Positions 30,191-41,283 of a stretch of 64,000 nucleotides of DNA are shown here, in pieces; position 1 is the stretch's first letter, and each line of letters begins with the position of its first letter. Position numbers and translations under genes: made by a program. The notes beneath the pieces are model-generated. The model ran no database searches. It was not told the DNA's origin and saw only the letters and a program-made list of their open reading frames with translations. Origin of the DNA: Candidatus Eiseniibacteriota bacterium (GTDB taxonomy: Bacteria; Eisenbacteria; RBG-16-71-46; SZUA-252); NCBI GenBank assembly GCA_963703225.1, contig OY969801.1, positions 1 to 64,000 of the forward strand. The letters run 5' to 3'.

Positions 30191-31120
30191 TCAGCTCCCC
30201 CAGGAGTACTGGAGGACGGCGCCGTAGGAATCGAAATCGGCGCCCAGCCGCGTCGAGAGCCCGCTCGTATACTTGATTTGGAGTGACGTCGCACGAGCCA
30301 GCGGATACGCCAGCGTCGCGGCGAGCCGGTTGTTCGTCTGGAGATTTGTCGCGGGCGCACCGTTGATGCTCGTCTCCCCGCCCGTGGCGAGGCCGTAGCT
30401 GAACGCGGCCCAGAGGCCGCGCTTGAACGTAAAGATGGCGTCGCCCTTCACGAACAAGAGGGGCTGCTGGGTGATCGTGGAGCTGCCGTAGTATTCCGGG
30501 TTTTCCGTGAAGAGCCACGCGCCGCCCACCGCTTCCAGAAACCAGCGCTTTCGGGTGTGCGACAGCCCGGCCTCGGCGCGAAACGCCCACCGATTGGCGC
30601 CCAGATTGATCGCCTTCGTCGCATCGTATTGCCCCACCGGCACCACGACCTGCGCGCTGACCCCGAGGACGGTTTTCTGTCGATAGCTCGCGAAGTCTTT
30701 CCGCGCGAGGGCGGGCGCGCCGAGAAGGTTCACGGAGAGCCGAACGCGCGGATCGGCGAATCCCGAGGGAGACCGCGTCCGAAAGACGCCGGCCAGATAC
30801 CCTTCGAAGGTGCCCCACCCGATCGGGGCCAGCACATCGACCTTCGCGGAGTGGCCTAAAATCTCGATCGTGCGGAGATAGCCCAGCGCGACCGTATGGG
30901 TCTTGGCATGGGCGCCTTCGACCGGCAACGTAGCGTCGAACAGGACGTTTCCGGCGGAGTAGGTGTAGCCGAAAGCGGCCATGTTCATCTTGAGCGGCGC
31001 GTTCTGGTAGAGCCCGGGCTCCAGCTCTTGCGCCAAGCCGCGCCCGCCCCAACCCGCGAGCGCGCATCCGATCAGGGCGAGACAGAAAAGAAAGCGAGCC
31101 CCCGGCGGGTTCGACACCAA
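30191..31120 (-). CDS. Outer-membrane 'transporter' (MetA-pathway of phenol degradation-like)
   Basis: QELEP..Y.NAP, SGFADP, PVGQYD...NLGANRW, ends QYSW. Confidence 0.8.
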   Translation of the reverse strand: MVSNPPGARFLFCLALIGCALAGWGGRGLAQELEPGLYQNAPLKMNMAAFGYTYSAGNVLFDATLPVEGAHAKTHTVALGYLRTIEILGHSAKVDVLAPIGWGTFEGYLAGVFRTRSPSGFADPRVRLSVNLLGAPALARKDFASYRQKTVLGVSAQVVVPVGQYDATKAINLGANRWAFRAEAGLSHTRKRWFLEAVGGAWLFTENPEYYGSSTITQQPLLFVKGDAIFTFKRGLWAAFSYGLATGGETSINGAPATNLQTNNRLAATLAYPLARATSLQIKYTSGLSTRLGADFDSYGAVLQYSWGS

Positions 31121-31153
31121 GGGCTCGTAGACTAGGGCGCTGATCGGGCGACC

Positions 31154-31960
31154 CTAATTCGCGGTTTGCTTCTTGTATCCCGCGTTCTCGACGACGATCG
31201 TGACGTTCTTCTCCTTAGCGTCGAGCGTGGTCTTGGCGGGATACCCGGTACCGTCGGGGAGCGACGCGTACTGCGCCTGGAACGTGACCGGCTCCTTCCC
31301 TCCCTCAACCATCGTCGTGACCTGGATACCCAGCAGCTTATTGTTCGCGAGATCGATCTCGATCCCCAACATGTCCCCAGGGATGTTGTAATCCTTGAAA
31401 TCGATCCGGGCGCGTTTCCCCGGATCGAGCACGTTGATGGAAGCCTTCCCTGCGTCCTTTGCCGCCTGGAGTTTCGCCGGATCGGGTGGGATGTAGGTCT
31501 TGACGGCGGCGGCGGCCTTGGTCATGTAGTCCGATATCTCTTCCTTCTTGTTCTCGATTACCTTTCCCCTGATCCCCTTCTTCTCCTTGGCTTCGGGTTG
31601 CTCGCCGACGGGCACCTTCACCAGCTTGCCGTCGGCCCCGTACGAGCAATTGTTCTGCTTCGTCGACTTCACTTCCCCCTTCAGGCTCATGGCCGTCGTC
31701 TCGACCCACTGGTACGACTTCAAGGCGGCGCGATCCTTTTGGAGCGAGGCCTTGATCGCCGCGATGCGCTCGTCGGGGGCCGGCGTCGGCGATGGTGCTG
31801 CCGGCGTTGTCGTCGTTGTCGCCGGTGTTGACGCGGCCGTGTCGGGCGGGGTTGAAGCGGGCGCTTGGGCGAGGGCCGCCCCTGCGCTCCAGGCGGCCAG
31901 CATGATCCCAGCGATAACCATCTTCCGAACCGTCCATGATCGCGACGTGAATCCCTTCAT
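31154..31960 (-). CDS. Exported hypothetical protein
   Basis: Signal peptide (ALA-Q), T/P-rich linker, LKSYQWVETT; starts 11 nt after the dnaA stop. Confidence 0.78.
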   Translation of the reverse strand: MKGFTSRSWTVRKMVIAGIMLAAWSAGAALAQAPASTPPDTAASTPATTTTTPAAPSPTPAPDERIAAIKASLQKDRAALKSYQWVETTAMSLKGEVKSTKQNNCSYGADGKLVKVPVGEQPEAKEKKGIRGKVIENKKEEISDYMTKAAAAVKTYIPPDPAKLQAAKDAGKASINVLDPGKRARIDFKDYNIPGDMLGIEIDLANNKLLGIQVTTMVEGGKEPVTFQAQYASLPDGTGYPAKTTLDAKEKNVTIVVENAGYKKQTAN

Positions 31961-31971
31961 GCTCAACCCCC

Positions 31972-33300
31972 CTAACGGCTCAACAGCGCCATCAAATCTT
32001 CGACCACGACGCGCAGCTCGCGGTCGGTGGACATGAGATTCTCGATCTTCTGGCAGGCGTGCATGACCGTGGTGTGGTCGCGGCCGCCGAACTTGGCGCC
32101 GATCTCCGCCAGCGAGAGATCGGTGATCGACCGCGTGACGTACATCCCGATTTGGCGCGGGAACGCGATGGTCTCCGTGCGGCGCTTTCCGCGGAGCGAC
32201 TCCTCGCTCACGCTGAAATGGCGCGCCACGGCCCGCTGAATGTCGAGGATGTCGATCCGGGCCAGATCCGGCTTGATCTGCTCTCGCAAGACCTCCTGCG
32301 CGAACTCCACCGTCAGCGGCTGGCCGGTGAGGTCGGAGAACGCGAGGAGGCGCAGGAGCGAGCCCTCGAGATCCCGGATGTTGGTCTTGATGTTGCTCGC
32401 CAGAAGGAGCGCGATCTCGTTGGGAAGGATCCTGCCCTGAAACTCCGCCTTCTTCCTCACGATCGCCACGCGCGTTTCGAGGTCGGGGGCCTGAAGATCG
32501 GCCACCACACCCCAGGTGAAGCGAGAGATCAAGCGCTCTTCCAGAGCCGTGATCGAGTTGGGCGGCCCGTCGCTCGTCAGGACGATCTGCTTGTGGGCGC
32601 CGTGCAGGGTGTTGAACGTGTGGAAGAACTCCTCCTGGGTGCTCTCCTTGCCGGCGAGGAACTGGATGTCGTCGATCAGGAGCACGTCGGCCGTGCGGTA
32701 GCGGCTCTTGAACTCGAGCGTGGTGGCGTGCTGGATCGAGTAGATCATCTCGTTCATGAAGCGCTCGGCTGTGACGAAGAAAACGCGCGCCGAGGGGCGC
32801 GTCAGCCGCACCTGGTGACCGATCGCGTGCATCAGATGTGTCTTGCCCAGCCCCACGCCGCCGTAGATGAAGAGCGGGTTGTAGCGCTCGCCCGGGCTCT
32901 GCGCCACCGCCTGGCAGACCGCGTGCGCGAACTGGTTCCCGCTCCCGACGATGAACGCTTCAAACGTGTTGCTCGGGGACAGATTGCTCTCGTCGCGCCG
33001 GGGCAGCGGGCCCTTGGGCCGCGGCTCCAGCGCGGGCGGCGCGTCGGGCCGCACATGAAACGCGATGCCCACCGATCGCTCGGCCACCGCGGCGACCGAG
33101 GTCTCGATCAGCGATCGGTAGTGCTGGTCCAGCCAGTCGACGTAGAACTGACTCGGCACCTCGAGCACGAGCGTGGAGCCGTCGAACTCAAGCGGGCCGA
33201 GCGAGCGAAACCACGCCTCGTACGTTTGGCTGGAGAGATTCGATTGGATCCTTTGGAGTGCCTGTTCCCACAGATCGCCCGCCACCATCGTTTCCATCAT
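31972..33300 (-). CDS. dnaA: Chromosomal replication initiator DnaA
   Basis: YNPLFIYGGVGLGKTHL, LLIDDIQFLAGKESTQEEFFHTFN, GGRDHTTVMHA. Confidence 0.98.
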   Translation of the reverse strand: MMETMVAGDLWEQALQRIQSNLSSQTYEAWFRSLGPLEFDGSTLVLEVPSQFYVDWLDQHYRSLIETSVAAVAERSVGIAFHVRPDAPPALEPRPKGPLPRRDESNLSPSNTFEAFIVGSGNQFAHAVCQAVAQSPGERYNPLFIYGGVGLGKTHLMHAIGHQVRLTRPSARVFFVTAERFMNEMIYSIQHATTLEFKSRYRTADVLLIDDIQFLAGKESTQEEFFHTFNTLHGAHKQIVLTSDGPPNSITALEERLISRFTWGVVADLQAPDLETRVAIVRKKAEFQGRILPNEIALLLASNIKTNIRDLEGSLLRLLAFSDLTGQPLTVEFAQEVLREQIKPDLARIDILDIQRAVARHFSVSEESLRGKRRTETIAFPRQIGMYVTRSITDLSLAEIGAKFGGRDHTTVMHACQKIENLMSTDRELRVVVEDLMALLSR

Positions 33301-33336
33301 CGTGCCATCCCCATCAACGCACACCCATTTCACGCG

Positions 33337-33357
33337 TTATCCACATGATTATCCACA
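33337..33357 (+). promoter_or_regulatory. Two tandem perfect DnaA boxes
   Basis: TTATCCACA at 33337-33345 and 33349-33357, just upstream of dnaA. Confidence 0.9.
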
Positions 33358-33730
33358 ATTTCTCATGAAAACACCGAGGGCGTAACGGATTGGGTTTCGA
33401 TCCGTTACGCCCCCAAACGAATGGACCCGTCCTGGCGTAGCTCACAGCATTCGTAACCCGGGTGAAGGCCGCGCGCGCGCCGCGCGCATCAAGGGAGAGC
33501 GGTTCGAGGTTGGCCCGAGACGCGAAGCAGGTCGCGGCCGGGGCCAATCCGGGCCGGACCATACGTCCGCGCGTCGGAGGCGTGCAACGAAAATTTTACG
33601 GACACGAAATACGGGGAGTTTCGGGCCTCCACGACGCAGTTCGGGGCCGCTTGACCTGGACGCCTCTGACGGGTAGACTCCGTCGCTCGTCTCTTAACGA
33701 CGTATAACCCGTTCTTCGAGGCATCCCACA

Positions 33731-33865
33731 GTGAAGCGCACCTTTCAACCGCACAATCGCCGCCGGAAGAAGGTTCACGGATTCCGCGAGCGGATGAGCA
33801 CCCGGGGCGGCCGCGCGGTATTGAAGCGGCGCCGCGACCGCGGCCGCAAGCGCCTTACGGTCTAG
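33731..33865 (+). CDS. rpmH: 50S ribosomal protein L34
   Basis: Translated by hand: [44 protein letters not shown] (GTG start). Absent from the ORF track. Confidence 0.97.
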   Translation: MKRTFQPHNRRRKKVHGFRERMSTRGGRAVLKRRRDRGRKRLTV

Positions 33866-33890
33866 CGCGGCTGCCGCGGGCGCAAGTCCA

Positions 33891-34238
33891 ATGGCCGCCG
33901 CGGTCCCGCCGCGCGATCGCCGCCTCCACGCGGGGTGGCAATTCCGCGAAGTGTATCGACAGGGCAAACCGTTTCACGGCGATCTGATGACCCTGATCAG
34001 CCTGGGTCGGCCGGAGGAGCATGGCCGTGTGGGGTTCGTGGCCAGCCGAAAGGTCGGTCCCGCGGTGAAGAGAAATCGGGCGAAGCGGTTGCTGCGCGAA
34101 GCGTTCCGGGGAGTGCCGGCCAGCCGCAGGGATCTGCCCATCTGGCGGATCTGGATCGCGCGGTCCACCTGTCCGGGCGCGACCTTCACCCAGGTTTCGG
34201 ACGAGATGAGCCGTTTGCTGGCCCGGGAGCCTGGATGA
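33891..34238 (+). CDS. rnpA: Ribonuclease P protein component
   Basis: RVGFVASRKVGPAVKRNRAKRLLREAFR; synteny. Confidence 0.93.
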   Translation: MAAAVPPRDRRLHAGWQFREVYRQGKPFHGDLMTLISLGRPEEHGRVGFVASRKVGPAVKRNRAKRLLREAFRGVPASRRDLPIWRIWIARSTCPGATFTQVSDEMSRLLAREPG

Positions 34239-34519
34239 CCGCCAATGCTGCCGCGCGCGCCCAGGGCCACACAGGGGCCGCGGCACGGATCGCACGCTCT
34301 GGCTTTGGGCTGGGGCCAATCCTGCGTCTACTCATCCGCGTCTATCGGGTCGCGATCTCGGGGTCCCTTCCGCGAGCCTGCCGTTTTGAGCCGAGCTGCT
34401 CGGCATACGCCGAGGAAGCACTCAGCCGCCGCGCCCTTCTCCCCGCGCTCTACCTGATCGTCCGGCGCGTTCTTCGCTGCCATCCGTTCCACCCGGGAGG
34501 ATACGACCCCGTCCCGTAG
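34235..34519 (+). CDS. yidD: Membrane protein insertion efficiency factor YidD
   Basis: CRFEPSCSAY, RVLRCHPFHPGGYDPVP. Confidence 0.93.
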   Translation: MTANAAARAQGHTGAAARIARSGFGLGPILRLLIRVYRVAISGSLPRACRFEPSCSAYAEEALSRRALLPALYLIVRRVLRCHPFHPGGYDPVP

Positions 34520-34536
34520 GGGCGGGGCTCGAGTCG

Positions 34537-36263
34537 ATGGATCGACGCACGCTCATAGCCATTCTCTTGATCATGGCGGTCCTGATCGGGGACCAGCTCT
34601 TCATGTCCTGGTGGGCGCGCCGCCACCGGCCCCCAACTCCCGTCACGACGGCCGATTCGACCGGGACAGCGGGGACGGGCAGCGGGACGGGCGGCGGTAC
34701 AGGCGCTGTGGCTACCACGCCGCAAAGCTCTCCCCCGCCGAACTCGGGCGGATCGAGCACCCCGGCCGCCGGCGCGCCGCACGGCGCCGCCCCGGGCGCT
34801 TCGGCGGCCATCATCGGCTCGGGGCCCAAGGTTCCCCACTCGCCCATCGTGGAGCGCGAGCTCAAGACCGACCTCTTCGACGCCACGTTTACCAGCCAGG
34901 GCGGGACCATCTCCAAGTGGGTCCTGCCGAAGTATCGCGACCTCGCGCACGGCAATGTGCCGGTCAACCTGGTGCCGGAGGGCCAGCGGACGCTCAGGCT
35001 TTGGGTCTCCACCCCCTACTTCAACTACGACTTCACCAACGTGCCGTTCCGCGTGGAGGCTGCGGCCGCGTTCGACTCCTCGGTGACGTTCGTGGCCGAG
35101 GATTCGAGCGGGATCCGCATCCAGCAAGACCTACCGCGTCGCGTCCAACGGCCAAGCGATCGACCTCGAGCTGAAGATCCTGGTGCCGCCCGAATTCGGC
35201 CCGATCCAGTTCCGCTACGGCTGGGGCAGCGCGCTTCCGGTCACCGAGACCGTGATGCACCCGCACGACATCCGCGCGGTCGCGCTGGTCGGCGACAAGC
35301 AGGAGGAGATCGACGCCGCGAGGATGCAGAAGGACGGGGCCAAGGCGCTGAAGGGAAACGTCCGGTGGGTGGCCAACAGAGGCAAGTATTTCGCCGCGGC
35401 GATCATCCCCGATTCGGCGTCGGTGGAGGACGTTCAATTCGCCGCCGCGGACGACGGGGGCGCGGCCGTTTTCATCGCGGGAGCAGCGCCGCCGGGCACC
35501 GAGATCGTACGGCAGGAGCCGCCTCTACGCCGGCCCGATCCACTACGACACGCTGATCGCTCAGGGGGCGGAGCTCGACCGGCTGGCCAACCTCGGCTGG
35601 CGCTGGGTGACCGGGCTGAGCGCGTTTCTCCTCTCGTGCCTCAACTTCATCCACCGACACATCCCCAACTACGGCATCGCGATCATCCTGATCTCCGCGG
35701 CGACGAAGCTCGTCTTCTACCCGCTCACGCAGACCAGCCTTCGGTCGATGAAGCTGATGCACCATCTCCAGCCGGAGGTGAAGGCGATCCAGGATCGCCA
35801 CAAGAACGACCCGGCCAAGATGAACACGGCCATGATGGCGCTCTACAAAGCGAACAAGGTGAACCCGCTGAGCGGGTGCCTGCCGACACTCTTGCAGGTA
35901 CCGGTGTTCATCGCGCTCTACAACGTGCTCTTGAACTCGATCGAGCTGCGCGGGGCGGGCTTTCTAGGGTACGTGCAGAACCTGGCGGCCCCGGACGTGC
36001 TCATGAAGATTGGGGGGTTCCCGATCCACCTCTTCCCGGTCCTTATGACCGGGAGCACCTATCTGATGCAGTCCCAGACCCCGGTGGCGCCCCAGCAGAA
36101 ACAGATGATGATGCTGATGCCGGTCATGATGCTCGTCTTCATGTATAGTTTCCCGTCTGGGGTCGTGCTTTACTGGATCGTGAACAACGTCCTCTCCGCG
36201 CTCCAGCAGTACATGGTCAACGCCGCGGAGGACCGCAAGATGGCAGCGGGTGGCCCGACATGA
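34537..36263 (+). CDS. yidC: Membrane protein insertase YidC (two +1 frameshifts, ~35125 and ~35515)
   Basis: MDRRTLIAI N-terminal TM; periplasmic domain; NYGIAII, VNPLSGCLP, FPSGVVLYW. Confidence 0.93.
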
Positions 36264-37102
36264 ATCCACCGAACCCTCAATTCGATCCTACCGCCGAGCC
36301 TTTCGTCGACGCCGAGGCCGCCAGCTTCGGCGAGGCGGTCCAGGACGCCGCCGACCAGCTGGGCCTCGAGACCGCCGATCTCGCGATCGAGATTTTGGAT
36401 CCGGGCCGCTCCGCCGATTCGGGCGCGGGCTACCGTCCGGTGAAGATCCGGGCGCGACGCCGTCCTCCCGACGCGGCCCCCGACGCGATCCGTCCGGGTC
36501 GTCCGGCGGATGCTGGGCGGTATGAGCGCAGCGATTCGAGGTCGGGAGGCGCCCGGCGCGAGCCGCGCCGTCACATGGAGGCGGCGAACTATGGCCCGCC
36601 GCCGCCGCCGATGGACCCCGCCAAGATCACGCCCGAGATCGTCGCCATGGTTCGGGACCTCGCCACCGGAATGCTCGAGCAGATGCAGTTCCCCGGCGGC
36701 GTCGACGCGACCAAGACCTCGCACGGCATCCGGATCGCGATCGACGCCGGCGAGCGCGACCAGTACCTGATCGGCAAGGATGGCGAGACGCTCTCGGCGT
36801 TTCAGCATCTGCTGGGGCGGATGATCCGCGCCAAGATGCCGCAGGAATCGCCCCCGCGCGTGGAGGTCGACGTGGCCGGCTTCCGCGACCGCCAGATCGA
36901 GAATTTGAGGCAGATGGCGCGGGAGCTGATGGAACAGGCGCGTGAGTCGGGCGAGGAGATGTCGACCGATCCGCTGCCCGCCTCGGAGCGCCGGATCGTC
37001 CATCTCGAGGTGGCCGAGTCGAAGGGGATGGAGACGGTCACGATCGGCGACGGATACTTCAAGCGGGTGGTGATCCGCCGCGCGACGCCCAAGCCCGAAT
37101 GA
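36260..37102 (+). CDS. jag: Jag/KhpB (EloR) RNA-binding protein
   Basis: KH domain LIGKDGETL; R3H domain ERRIVH; synteny. Confidence 0.88.
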   Translation: MNPPNPQFDPTAEPFVDAEAASFGEAVQDAADQLGLETADLAIEILDPGRSADSGAGYRPVKIRARRRPPDAAPDAIRPGRPADAGRYERSDSRSGGARREPRRHMEAANYGPPPPPMDPAKITPEIVAMVRDLATGMLEQMQFPGGVDATKTSHGIRIAIDAGERDQYLIGKDGETLSAFQHLLGRMIRAKMPQESPPRVEVDVAGFRDRQIENLRQMARELMEQARESGEEMSTDPLPASERRIVHLEVAESKGMETVTIGDGYFKRVVIRRATPKPE

Positions 37103-37145
37103 GGGTTCGCTGATGAGGGCGCGCCAGAGATGAGGGCCGGCGAAG

Positions 37146-38573
37146 GTGGCAAACGATACGATCGTCGCGCTCGCGACGGCTCCGGGCGAGTCGGCGGTCT
37201 CGATCACGCGGTTGAGCGGCCCCGACGCGCTCGCGATCGCGGCTTCACGGTTTCGCGGCCGGCTCTCGCCGGTCGATAGCACTTCCCACCGCATTCTCTT
37301 CGGCAGTTTCCTCGCGGGCGACGGCTCGGTGGTGGACACCGTGTTGCTGTCGGTGTTCCGCGCCCCCCGCTCCTACACCGGTGAGGACGTCGTCGAGATT
37401 TCCTCGCACGGCGGGACCGCGATTCCCCACGCCGTGCTCGAGTCGTTGATGGAGGCAGGCGCGCGTCCCGCCCGCCCCGGCGAGTTCACCGAGCGCGCGT
37501 TTCGAAATGGGAAGCTCGACCTGGCCCAGGCCGAGTCGGTCGCGGCATTGGTTCGGGCCCGGTCGGAGCGGGCGCTGCGCGCCGCGCGGGAAGCGCTCGG
37601 GGGCTCGCTGTCGCGGCGGATCGCGGGGCTGGATGCGGAGCTGGTACCGCTCTTGGCGGAGGTCGAGGCCCGGATCGATTTCCCGGGCGACGTGGGTGAC
37701 GCTGTGGACGGCGCCGAATTGGCGCGTCGGTGCGGCTCGGTCGCGACGACGCTGCGCGTGTGGATCGACCGGCTCCCCGGGACGCGGCGGCTGCAGGAAG
37801 GTGTGCGCGCGGCGCTGGTGGGACGCGCGAACGTCGGGAAGTCGAGCTTGTTGAACGCGCTCGTCGGCTACGACCGGGCGATCGTGAACGCCGCGCCCGG
37901 GACGACCCGCGACACGGTGGAAGAATCGATCTGGATCGAGGGCGTCGAGCTTCGGATCGCGGATACCGCGGGAGTGCGCGGTGGCGGGGGTGGGAACGGC
38001 ACGGCGGGAGTGCGCGGTGCCAACGGCGGCCTCGAATTCGTCGAGGGCCTCGGCGTCGAGCGAGCCGAGCGCGCCGCCCGGGGATGCGACCTCGCCGTGC
38101 TCGTGCTCGACCGATCGGGCGGCGTCGGCGAAGCCGATTTGGAGGCCGCTTCGTGGATCGACGATCGGCCGGTCGTCGTGGCGTGGAACAAGGCGGACTT
38201 GGGATTGGGCACGATGCCGCGCCCGCGAGCGCCGGTCCGCGATGGCGGCGTGCTGGCGGAGGTGGAGACCGTCGCGGTGCGCCCGGGTGGCGCCGATTCC
38301 TTGCTCGATGCCCTGCGGCGTTCGCTGCCCCAGGTGCTAGGAGACCACGTCGGCGATGAGATCGCCACGACGAGCGCGCGGCAGGCTGCACTGCTGGTGG
38401 AAGCGCTGGGCGCTGTGGAGCGCGCGCAGGCCGGCCTCGAAGAGGACCGATCCTACGATTTGATCGCCGTCGATCTGGCCGACGCCCGCCGAGCCCTCGG
38501 TGAGATCGTCGGCCGCGGGGTCGACGACGAGGTCACCGCCGCGGTCTTCTCCCGATTTTGCATCGGCAAGTGA
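37146..38573 (+). CDS. mnmE: tRNA modification GTPase MnmE
   Basis: [39 protein letters not shown]. Confidence 0.96.
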   Translation: MANDTIVALATAPGESAVSITRLSGPDALAIAASRFRGRLSPVDSTSHRILFGSFLAGDGSVVDTVLLSVFRAPRSYTGEDVVEISSHGGTAIPHAVLESLMEAGARPARPGEFTERAFRNGKLDLAQAESVAALVRARSERALRAAREALGGSLSRRIAGLDAELVPLLAEVEARIDFPGDVGDAVDGAELARRCGSVATTLRVWIDRLPGTRRLQEGVRAALVGRANVGKSSLLNALVGYDRAIVNAAPGTTRDTVEESIWIEGVELRIADTAGVRGGGGGNGTAGVRGANGGLEFVEGLGVERAERAARGCDLAVLVLDRSGGVGEADLEAASWIDDRPVVVAWNKADLGLGTMPRPRAPVRDGGVLAEVETVAVRPGGADSLLDALRRSLPQVLGDHVGDEIATTSARQAALLVEALGAVERAQAGLEEDRSYDLIAVDLADARRALGEIVGRGVDDEVTAAVFSRFCIGK

Positions 38574-40396
38574 ACAACCACTTCCCTCTTCTTGTAATCG
38601 GAGCCGGCCACGCCGGCTGCGAGGCCGCGTGCGTCGCGGCCAAGATGGGGATCGAGGTCGGGATCATCACGATGAGCCTCGACTCGATCGCCCACATGGC
38701 CTGCAATCCCGCCATCGGCGGGCTCGCCAAGGGCCACCTGGTGCGAGAGATCGATGCACTCGGCGGAATCATGGGGCGGATGGCCGACCGAGCCGGAATC
38801 CAGTTCAAGATGCTCAACCGAGCGCGGGGCCCCGCGGTCTGGTCGCCCCGCGCCCAGGAAGACAAGGCTGTCTACCGCGCGATCGTGCGCGAGTATCTGG
38901 CGGGAGCCGAGCGACTGAGCGTGATCGAGGGCCAGGTCGTCGGCATTCGGACCGAGGGTGTGCGGGCATGCGGCGTCTCGCTCGCGGACGGCCGGGAGAT
39001 CGCGGCCGAGGCGGTCATTGTTACCCCCGGCACCTTCATGAACGGGCTTCTCCACGTCGGCGACGCGACGTATAGCGGCGGGCGCGTCGGCGAGAAGGCG
39101 GCTCGAGGGATCTCCGACTGCCTGGCCGAGCTGGGATTTCGTCTGGTGCGGCTCAAGACCGGCACGCCGCCGCGAATTCACCGCGACTCGATCGACTTTT
39201 CGCGGATGTCGCCTCAGCGGGGCGACGAGCGTCCCCGCCCCTTTTCACACTTCACCGACTCGCTCGAGCTGGATCAGGTTCCCTGCCACCTCACGACCAC
39301 GACCGATGCCACCCATGAGCTGATCCGCGCGAATCTTCATCGCTCCCCGCTCTACACGGGGCGTATTCGTGGGATCGGCCCCCGCTACTGTCCCTCGATC
39401 GAGGACAAGGTGGTCCGCTTCGCCGACAAGCCCGCGCACCAGATCTTCATCGAGCCTGAGGGGCGGGAGACCCATGAGTTCTACGTGAACGGGCTTTCGA
39501 CAAGTCTGCCCGAGGAAGTGCAGCGCGAGCTGCTGCGCACGCTCCCGGGATTGGAAGAGGTCGAGATGATCCGGCCGGGCTACGCCGTAGAGTACGACTT
39601 CATCCCCCCGACCCAGATCCACGCGACGTTGGAGACGCGCGCGGTGCGTGGTCTCTACCTCGCGGGACAGATCAACGGGACTTCAGGGTATGAGGAAGCC
39701 GCGGCGCAGGGGCTCATGGCCGGCATCAACGCGGCGATGGCGTTGGCGGGACGCGCGCCCGTGGTTCTCGGGAGGAGCGAGGCCTATATCGGGGTCCTGA
39801 TTGACGATCTAGTGACCAAGGGGACCGAGGAGCCCTACCGCATGTTTACGTCGAGCGCTGAGTATCGGCTTCTCCTGCGCCAAGATAACGTCGCGGATCG
39901 GCTGGCTTCGCGCGCCCGCGAGGTGGGTGCGTTGTCCGAGGACGAGCTCAAGAGACTCGAGTCGGCGGTGGCGAATCGGCGGGACGCCATCCAATGGGTC
40001 CGCACCTCTGGCGCGGCGCCGGCAGTGCGCGACGGATCCATTACGACGACCGACCTGATCGCTCGCGGCGGCCTTGCTCGCTTTGGCGAGGAAGCGATAG
40101 AGTCAGCTGCGATCGAGATTCGATACGAGGGGTACATCCAAAGGCAGGAGCGGGAGGTTGCCCGCGCAAGCAGGGGCGAGCGCCTCGATATCCCCGAATC
40201 ACTCTATCTCGAGCCGCTCCGGGGGCTTTCCAGTGAAGCACGCGAAAAGATCCAGCGCCTCAAGCCGCGCACCGTGGCCCAGGCCGGCCGTATTCCCGGC
40301 ATCTCGCCCGCCGACGTCTCGGTGCTCCTAGTCTATGCCGAGCGGGAGCGCCGCCGCCAGGAGCGGGCCGTCATTACCACGGGATCTCCAGGCTGA
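38570..40396 (+). CDS. mnmG: tRNA uridine-5-carboxymethylaminomethyl synthesis enzyme MnmG
   Basis: [50 protein letters not shown]. Confidence 0.97.
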   Translation: MNNHFPLLVIGAGHAGCEAACVAAKMGIEVGIITMSLDSIAHMACNPAIGGLAKGHLVREIDALGGIMGRMADRAGIQFKMLNRARGPAVWSPRAQEDKAVYRAIVREYLAGAERLSVIEGQVVGIRTEGVRACGVSLADGREIAAEAVIVTPGTFMNGLLHVGDATYSGGRVGEKAARGISDCLAELGFRLVRLKTGTPPRIHRDSIDFSRMSPQRGDERPRPFSHFTDSLELDQVPCHLTTTTDATHELIRANLHRSPLYTGRIRGIGPRYCPSIEDKVVRFADKPAHQIFIEPEGRETHEFYVNGLSTSLPEEVQRELLRTLPGLEEVEMIRPGYAVEYDFIPPTQIHATLETRAVRGLYLAGQINGTSGYEEAAAQGLMAGINAAMALAGRAPVVLGRSEAYIGVLIDDLVTKGTEEPYRMFTSSAEYRLLLRQDNVADRLASRAREVGALSEDELKRLESAVANRRDAIQWVRTSGAAPAVRDGSITTTDLIARGGLARFGEEAIESAAIEIRYEGYIQRQEREVARASRGERLDIPESLYLEPLRGLSSEAREKIQRLKPRTVAQAGRIPGISPADVSVLLVYAERERRRQERAVITTGSPG

Positions 40397-41063
40397 TCAC
40401 CTCGAGTTCGCTCGCATCATTGCGCCCTGGCTCGAGCGGCTCCCTCTTGGAATTCAGGCTCTCCAACTACTGACGCAGTTCGGCCTCCTGGTCCACGAGC
40501 AGGCCGATCGCCTTTCGGTGATCGCCAAGGGCGATCGCAAGACCCTCTTCACGCGGCACGTCCTCGACTCCTTGAATCCCATCTCGCTCTTCTCGACCCC
40601 GCCGGGGTCTGCGCTCGATGTAGGGAGCGGCGCCGGATTCCCGGGGATCCCGCTGGCGATCATCTGGCCCGCGACCCACGTGGTGCTCGTCGAGTCGCGC
40701 GAGAAGAAGGCCGGGTTTTTGGAACGAGCTGTCCGCGATCTGGGGCTCAAGAACGTCGAGGTCGTTTGCACGCGGATCGAGGATGCCGCTTCCGCGCGAG
40801 TGGGAGATTCCGAGACTGCCCCCATCGAGTCGGTCTTCATCCGGGCCCTCGGCAGCCTCCCGAGCCACCTCGCAGCAGTCGAGCCTCTCGCCGCCGGCGG
40901 TGCGCGCTGGGTCTACTTCCTGGGGGCTGGATCGGACGCCGGGAGCATTACCAGCGCGCTGGGTCCGCTCGGAGCCGGTGCCCAAGTTGAAGCGGGCGCC
41001 TTCGGTGGTCGGCTGCTCCACGGGGCCCTCGGCGCCAATGTTCCACGTGGAACATTTTCATAA
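40335..41063 (+). CDS. rsmG: 16S rRNA m7G527 methyltransferase RsmG
   Basis: [31 protein letters not shown]. Start uncertain. Confidence 0.9.
   Translation: MPSGSAAARSGPSLPRDLQADHLEFARIIAPWLERLPLGIQALQLLTQFGLLVHEQADRLSVIAKGDRKTLFTRHVLDSLNPISLFSTPPGSALDVGSGAGFPGIPLAIIWPATHVVLVESREKKAGFLERAVRDLGLKNVEVVCTRIEDAASARVGDSETAPIESVFIRALGSLPSHLAAVEPLAAGGARWVYFLGAGSDAGSITSALGPLGAGAQVEAGAFGGRLLHGALGANVPRGTFS
41039..41054. promoter_or_regulatory. parS site 1 (within rsmG 3' end)
   Basis: Perfect palindrome TGTTCCACGTGGAACA. Confidence 0.93.
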
Positions 41064-41283
41064 CACAAAGTAAATGCGTGCGTTATCCAGAGCCGTTCGT
41101 TGAAGGGGTCCCTTTCCCAGCCTGTTCCGCGCTCTCCGGCGGCTCCGGGTCGGGGTGAACCCGCGGGGGATCACCTCCTGCATGGCCCCTTTTGAAATTG
41201 GCGTGCACCCGCCCCTGCCCTGGCCCACGCTTGGGTGCAGGGGACAAACCGAAACTTCCTCGGGCAGCTCAACTGGGGAACTC

